In this document: piece by piece, positions 59,508 through 64,000 of the stretch | How positions within the stretch are numbered: position 1 is the first letter of the stretch | How the letters are laid out: the number at the start of each line of letters is the position of its first letter | From: an uncultured Gemmatimonadaceae bacterium | Lineage (GTDB): Bacteria > Gemmatimonadota > Gemmatimonadetes > Gemmatimonadales > GWC2-71-9 | Direction of reading: 5' to 3' | Assembly (NCBI GenBank): GCA_964574295.1 | Contig: CAZNLY010000007.1 | Span: 12,224-76,223, forward strand | Length of the DNA stretch: 64,000 nt | Made by a program: the position numbers and the translations under genes | Notes under the pieces: model-generated | Database searches by the model: none | What the model saw: the letters and a program-made list of their open reading frames with translations, nothing else | Told to the model about the DNA's origin: nothing

Positions 59508-59511
59508 GGGC

Positions 59512-60459
59512 TCAGGCAACGGCGGCGGCCTTCCGGTCGGCGAGGTACTTCTCCACCGCGATGGCGGCGGTGGTGGCGTCGCCCACGGCGGTGGTGACCT
59601 GGCGGGTGAGCTGCACCCGCACGTCGCCGGCGGCAAAGAGGCCGGGGATGGAGGTCATCATCCGGTCGTCGGTGATCATGTAGCCCGAAGGGTCGTGGGC
59701 AAAGTGCTGGGTCACGATGCCGGTGTTGGGCTTGAAGCCGATGAACACGAAGCAGCCGGTGACGGGGAGCGTGGAGGTGGCGCCGGAGACGGTGTCCTTG
59801 AGGGCCAGCGCGGCGAGCCCGCCCGGGCCGCCGTGCATCTCGGTGACCACCTTGTTCCAGATGACCTCGATCTTCGGGTTCTGGAGGAGCCGCTCCTGCA
59901 GGATCTTGGACGCCCGGAAGCTGTCGCGCCGGTGGATGACGTACACCTTCTCCGCGTAGCGGGTGAGGTAGGCGGCCTCCTCGACTGCGGCGTCGCCGCC
60001 GCCGATGACGGCGATCACCTGCCCCTTGAAGAAGGCCCCGTCGCAGACGGCGCAGTAGGACACCCCCTGCCCCGCATACTCGAGCTCGCCGGGGACGCCG
60101 AGCTTGGTGGGGGTGCCGCCGGCGGTGAGGATCACGGCCGGGGCCTCGAAGGTGTTGCCGAGGGAGGTGGTGACCTCGAAGAGCCCGTCCTCGCGCTTGG
60201 CCACGGTCTCGACATTCTCCTGGCGGATGTCGGCGCCGAACTTCTTGGCGTGTTCGGCCATCAGGCGGGCCAGCTCGCGGCCCTTGACCGACTCGAAGCC
60301 GGGGTAGTCCTCCACCAGGTCGGTGTTGAGGAGCTCGCCGCCGGGGGCGCCGCGCTCGAGGACCACGGCGTCGAGCATGCCGCGGCCGGCGTACAGGCCG
60401 GCGCAGAGGCCGGCGGGGCCGGCGCCGACGATGATCAGGTCGTGGGTGGAACGGGACAT
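59512..60459 (-). CDS. trxB: Thioredoxin-disulfide reductase
   Basis: 315 aa. IIVGAGPAGL, redox-active CAVCDG, GGGDAAVEEA and the FAAGDV motif. Confidence 0.9.
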   Translation of the reverse strand: MSRSTHDLIIVGAGPAGLCAGLYAGRGMLDAVVLERGAPGGELLNTDLVEDYPGFESVKGRELARLMAEHAKKFGADIRQENVETVAKREDGLFEVTTSLGNTFEAPAVILTAGGTPTKLGVPGELEYAGQGVSYCAVCDGAFFKGQVIAVIGGGDAAVEEAAYLTRYAEKVYVIHRRDSFRASKILQERLLQNPKIEVIWNKVVTEMHGGPGGLAALALKDTVSGATSTLPVTGCFVFIGFKPNTGIVTQHFAHDPSGYMITDDRMMTSIPGLFAAGDVRVQLTRQVTTAVGDATTAAIAVEKYLADRKAAAVA

Positions 60460-60665
60460 GCGAGTGGCCTGGTTCGTGTGGTCGGGGACATTGGGCTATC
60501 CGAAATATAGAACGCCGTCAGGTTCCCGGAGAACGTCCCTCGCGCCCAACCCACCGCCGCGGCATCCCCCCACTCTCGCAGGGCACCCCTTGCGGCTCGC
60601 TTGCGGAGCGGATCTCCTCCGGGTAACCTCAAGTTGCCCCCCAATTCCGCCACGGTACGGCCTCC

Positions 60666-63194
60666 ATGCAATCCACGAATCTGGTCCCTTTCTTATGCCT
60701 TGCCGTCATGGCGGGCGCGTGCGGCACTTCCGACAGCACGGGCCCGACGGGAAGCTCGGGAGCCGAGCAGCGGATCAAGGTCGGAGACACGTTGCTCGTG
60801 GCCATCGCGAGGCCGGATTCCATCGTTCGAGTCAGCTTCCAAGCGGATGCCGATCAGCAGGTGGCCCTCTTTGCCCAGGGGATGGGCGGAGAGGCGTGGC
60901 TGGTACCGTTCGACTCCTCAACCGGCACGAGGCTGGACGGCTCAATCCTTCTGACCGCATCGCCCGCCCTCCCACTGACTGCAGTACGAACCGCGCGGCT
61001 CCAGGTCGCCCGCGGGCAAACGGTCGTGTTCGAGGTCAGCCGGCGCTCTGGGCAGTCGAGCACCGAGGTTCGGCTTTGGCTGTACCGCGTGAATTCCCAA
61101 CCAGAACTCGTGCCGGCGCTCGTGTCCCCAGACGACACGATCATTGGCGAGACCCTCGACAATTCGGCCGACGTGGACGAATTCCGGGTGGCCGGCGCGG
61201 CCCCTGAAGTGCACATCGGCTTCCTCCTCGCGGGCCCCGGCATTCCGGTCTACATGCAGGCGACCACGCTCGCGGGGAGCCGACTCGGCTACCCGACCGC
61301 CAGCGATAGCAATGACGTCGAACTCGAGGCGCAAATGACCGGTCGGTTCACCGTTTCCGGCGCGTCAGGATACATCGTCCGGGTGGACGCCGACGGCCTC
61401 GGGACGTACGACCCGCGTCCAGGGCCGGGAGCCTACTCGTTCCAGATGCGCCGGATTGATCTCGGCCCCGAGGCGGCGCCAGCTACCCTTCAGCCCGGCG
61501 ATACGCTGGGCGGGGAGCGCATCGACTTTGTGGGCGACATCGACCGGTTCCAGGTGCCGGCCACCGCCGGCGCCCGGTACAATGTCTTCCTCCAGGCCCT
61601 CGCCGCGCCCGACTCCGGTGCGATCCTCGTGCTGGAGGCCAGCATGTCGGGTGACACGAGCCGCACGTCCAGTACCGAGGGCGATTCCGCGCTGCGGCGA
61701 CAGTTCACTGGGGTCATCCAGGCCCCCGCGACCGGGACGCTGGAGGTCCTGGTCAGGGGAGGCTCGGATTTCGGCCGCCTCGACCGCGGGCCCTATCGGA
61801 TCTTTGTGTACCCGGTCGACACAATGCCAGAGTTGACGCCCGCCACCCTGGCGCCCGGCGATTCAGTGGTCGGGGAGACCATCGAATTCCCAGGGGACAT
61901 GGACTATTTCATGGTGACGGGCGCCCACGACACGCTGAACGTCCTGCTTCGTCGGGACGCCAGCGCACCCGAGCCCCTAGACCTCGTTTGGCACGCCAAC
62001 GGAAATGACCTGGCCACCGCCTGCTATCCGCCCCTCGGCGCGCCCGAGCGCAGCTGCCTGACTGGTGGGTTCATCGGCGGGGCCTCGGGAACGCCGCTCG
62101 TCGTCGAGAGCCAGAAGTTTGCCACCACCAGCTTCGTCGGCGGGTACACCCTCGTCACCATCCCGCTCTCGAATGCGCCAGAAGGGACGGCCGTGCAGTT
62201 GACGCCCGGGGTGGACGTCAGCGGCGAGATCGAGGTGCCGGGCGACGTCGACCGCTTTACCATGGACTACCAGCGAGGCACTCCCCTCGATCTCGATCTC
62301 GATGGTCGCAGTATCAGCAGCCAGGACGGATTTTCCGCGCTGGTGACTGATTCCGTCGGCAATTGGTTCCAGATCATGAGTTGGCTCGGGCTTCGCGTCG
62401 GGAGATTCGATCTCCCTGCCAGCGGCACGTACTGGGTGGTTGTCCAGGGCATGAGCGGCGGTGTCGAACCAGCGGAGGTCGGTCCCTACACCTTGCACCT
62501 CACACAGGTGTCCAGGCTCCCGGAGACGGCCCCGGCCTCCATTGTCACCGGGGCTGCGGTGACCACGGAGTCCATCGACGAACTGGGCGACATCGACGAG
62601 TTCACCCTCGTTGACACACCCGGGAAGGAAGTTCAGGCGGCCCAGTCCCTTCCGTTGGCGAGGGTCGAGGCATGGGTCCCAGGAGACACCATTCCCCTTA
62701 GGGAGGGCGCGAATGGCGCCTCCGGGCGGGTGGTCGTTCCGGCAGGGGGAGTTCTGAGATTCCGCGTGGCCGAACCCCGGGTGCACGTGGGAAGCGTCAA
62801 TGAGGCCTTCACGCTGACCGGGGTGTACGCGTTGACGCTCAATACCATTGATCGGGCGCCTGAAGTGGTGGGCCCGAACGTGGCACTCGGCGTGGAAGTT
62901 TCGGGAGAGCAGATCAACTACATCGGCGACATTGATGAGTTCTCGTTCGCGGGCACGCAGGGCCAGGTGATCAGCCTTTGGCTGGACAACCTCTCCAGCT
63001 TCGGCGCGCTCCACGCGCGCCTCGACCTCATCGACCCCGGCACCGGGCAAGTCCTTGGATCGGTGTCCACCGCCTCGCAGACCCCCATCACCTCGCAGAG
63101 CTTCGCGCTCCCCTCCACCAAGACCTACCTCCTGAGGGCGCAAAGTATCGATGAGACGATAGGCACCGGCGCATACCGGATCAAGATCCAATAG
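60666..63194 (+). CDS. Lipoprotein composed of seven tandem modules of about 115 aa resembling pre-peptidase C-terminal (PPC) domains
   Basis: MQSTNLVPFLCLAVMAGAC (a lipobox). Six modules start with PE at aa 146, 268, 388, 505, 619 and 732, and each carries G(E).I...GD.D.F.(V/F) (e.g. GERIDFVGDIDRFQV, GETIEFPGDMDYFMV, GEQINYIGDIDEFSF) and ends with Y.(F/L).(V/I). I see no catalytic motif. Confidence 0.75.
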   Translation: MQSTNLVPFLCLAVMAGACGTSDSTGPTGSSGAEQRIKVGDTLLVAIARPDSIVRVSFQADADQQVALFAQGMGGEAWLVPFDSSTGTRLDGSILLTASPALPLTAVRTARLQVARGQTVVFEVSRRSGQSSTEVRLWLYRVNSQPELVPALVSPDDTIIGETLDNSADVDEFRVAGAAPEVHIGFLLAGPGIPVYMQATTLAGSRLGYPTASDSNDVELEAQMTGRFTVSGASGYIVRVDADGLGTYDPRPGPGAYSFQMRRIDLGPEAAPATLQPGDTLGGERIDFVGDIDRFQVPATAGARYNVFLQALAAPDSGAILVLEASMSGDTSRTSSTEGDSALRRQFTGVIQAPATGTLEVLVRGGSDFGRLDRGPYRIFVYPVDTMPELTPATLAPGDSVVGETIEFPGDMDYFMVTGAHDTLNVLLRRDASAPEPLDLVWHANGNDLATACYPPLGAPERSCLTGGFIGGASGTPLVVESQKFATTSFVGGYTLVTIPLSNAPEGTAVQLTPGVDVSGEIEVPGDVDRFTMDYQRGTPLDLDLDGRSISSQDGFSALVTDSVGNWFQIMSWLGLRVGRFDLPASGTYWVVVQGMSGGVEPAEVGPYTLHLTQVSRLPETAPASIVTGAAVTTESIDELGDIDEFTLVDTPGKEVQAAQSLPLARVEAWVPGDTIPLREGANGASGRVVVPAGGVLRFRVAEPRVHVGSVNEAFTLTGVYALTLNTIDRAPEVVGPNVALGVEVSGEQINYIGDIDEFSFAGTQGQVISLWLDNLSSFGALHARLDLIDPGTGQVLGSVSTASQTPITSQSFALPSTKTYLLRAQSIDETIGTGAYRIKIQ

Positions 63195-63312
63195 GGGGCC
63201 GACGGGACTGGCCCCGATGATGGGCTCGTCGGTAGAGCAGGACATTGCCGCCTTGACGCTTCGGCAGACGGTCAGCAGCTTGGCCGTCCACCATCAATCG
63301 CAAAGGCCTTCC

Positions 63313-63786
63313 ATGCGCCCAATCCTGATCTTCACCACCGCGCTCGCCCTCGCCGCCTGCACCCCGTCGGCCAAGGCGCCCGAGCCGGTCTCGGCCAGCG
63401 TCGAGGAGTTGGGGCAGATGAACCGGGAGTTCGCCGCCGCGCTCAACGCCAAGGATGCCGCGCTGGCTGCGTCGTACTATGCCGAAGATGCCGTGATCAT
63501 CCCCCCGGGTGAGGCGATGGTCCAGGGCCGAGCGGCCATCGAGGCCTACTGGAAGGGCGCCATCGAGCAGGGCGGCGTGCGAGACGCCGCGGTCGAGACC
63601 TTCACGGCGGAAAGCTCGGGGGATGTGGGCTACGAAATCGGGAGCTTCGTCCTGACCGTGAACGGCCCGGACGGCACCCCCGTGCAGGAACACGGCCGCT
63701 ACGTCGAACTGCTCCGGCGCGGCGCCGACGGGAAGTGGTACTCCACCGCAGGGATCTGGAACTCGGCACCGCCAGTGGCGCCCTAG
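63313..63786 (+). CDS. NTF2/SnoaL-like (DUF4440-like) lipoprotein
   Basis: The ATG at 63313 gives MRPILIFTTALALAAC (a lipobox). YYAEDAVIIPPGEAMVQGRAAIEAYWKG...GRYVELLRRGADGKWY is typical of the DUF4440/SnoaL fold. Confidence 0.7.
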   Translation: MRPILIFTTALALAACTPSAKAPEPVSASVEELGQMNREFAAALNAKDAALAASYYAEDAVIIPPGEAMVQGRAAIEAYWKGAIEQGGVRDAAVETFTAESSGDVGYEIGSFVLTVNGPDGTPVQEHGRYVELLRRGADGKWYSTAGIWNSAPPVAP

Positions 63787-63926
63787 CCGACGGGGCAACG
63801 GCGCTCCGCCCACTCCCCGGTAGCGCCTACCCCGCTGTGCGCGGGACAGGATCCCAGTTGCGCAGTGGGCTGAAACCGCCCTTTCCGGTCCGGCGTAGGT
63901 GGGTACTCCCGCGCGGGAGCCCCACG

Positions 63927-64000
63927 GTGACGACCGAAGCACCTCGAGCAGTGCGCCTCATCGGCCTCCTGCTCCTCGTCCAGCTCGCCAACCTGATCGT
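63927..64000 (+). CDS. Possible 5' end of a membrane protein gene (partial)
   Basis: The GTG at 63927 (or 63951) opens VTTEAPRAVRLIGLLLLVQLANLI... and runs off the window. It is a hydrophobic stretch with G/C third positions. Only 24 codons are visible. Confidence 0.25.
   Translation, partial: MTTEAPRAVRLIGLLLLVQLANLI

Noticed and set aside
63906-63919. The palindrome CTCCCGCGCGGGAG near the window end
   Set aside because: It is a 14-nt GC palindrome with no U-tract, lying 120 nt from the preceding stop. It could be an operator or a terminator, but there is too little context because the window ends here.
63181-63942. A 253-aa minus-strand ORF overlapping the DUF4440-like gene
   Set aside because: The plus-strand gene has a clean lipobox signal peptide and a recognisable NTF2-like core. 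The minus-strand translation is Arg/Gly-rich with no features.

Overview
The window is a high-GC, gene-dense chromosomal segment from a diderm bacterium. The gene content (Tol-Pal, BamD, an LptD-like protein, many TPR proteins) would fit Gemmatimonadota or a similar phylum, but I cannot verify that. I support about 60 protein genes, one tRNA-Leu(CAG), three to four hairpin terminators and two sigma70-like promoters.

The content is mostly housekeeping:
- tatA, a polyprenyl synthase and hutH
- a complete tolQ-tolR-tolA-like-tolB-pal-ybgF cluster that runs into a tatC ORF fused in-frame to an LptD-like outer-membrane protein
- ssb, rimI-tsaB-tsaE-uvrB, rel, radC, secA, nadD and bamD
- sugar-nucleotide genes (ugd, a wbpA-like dehydrogenase, a DegT aminotransferase, a hexapeptide acetyltransferase, rmd, gmd) interrupted by murB-carB
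- rpmB and rpmJ-rpsM-rpsK-rpsD-rpoA-rplQ
- pyrF, pyrD, an amidase, smpB, moeB/moeZ, an Rrf2 regulator, aspA and trxB

I found no rRNA, CRISPR array, transposase, integrase or recognisable defence genes.

The points most worth a second look are:
- the uninterrupted TatC-LptD-like ORF
- two visibly lower-GC accessory patches: a small basic/Pro-rich ORF plus a membrane-anchored metzincin next to a Ser/Thr kinase, and an 842-aa lipoprotein built from seven PPC-like modules
- the very frequent 4-nt GTGA/ATGA stop-start overlaps that chain unrelated genes
- a possible CTG start for tsaB

All product calls rest on motif recognition in the supplied translations. No database search was possible. Many long ORFs in the track are antisense or off-frame artefacts of the high GC content.
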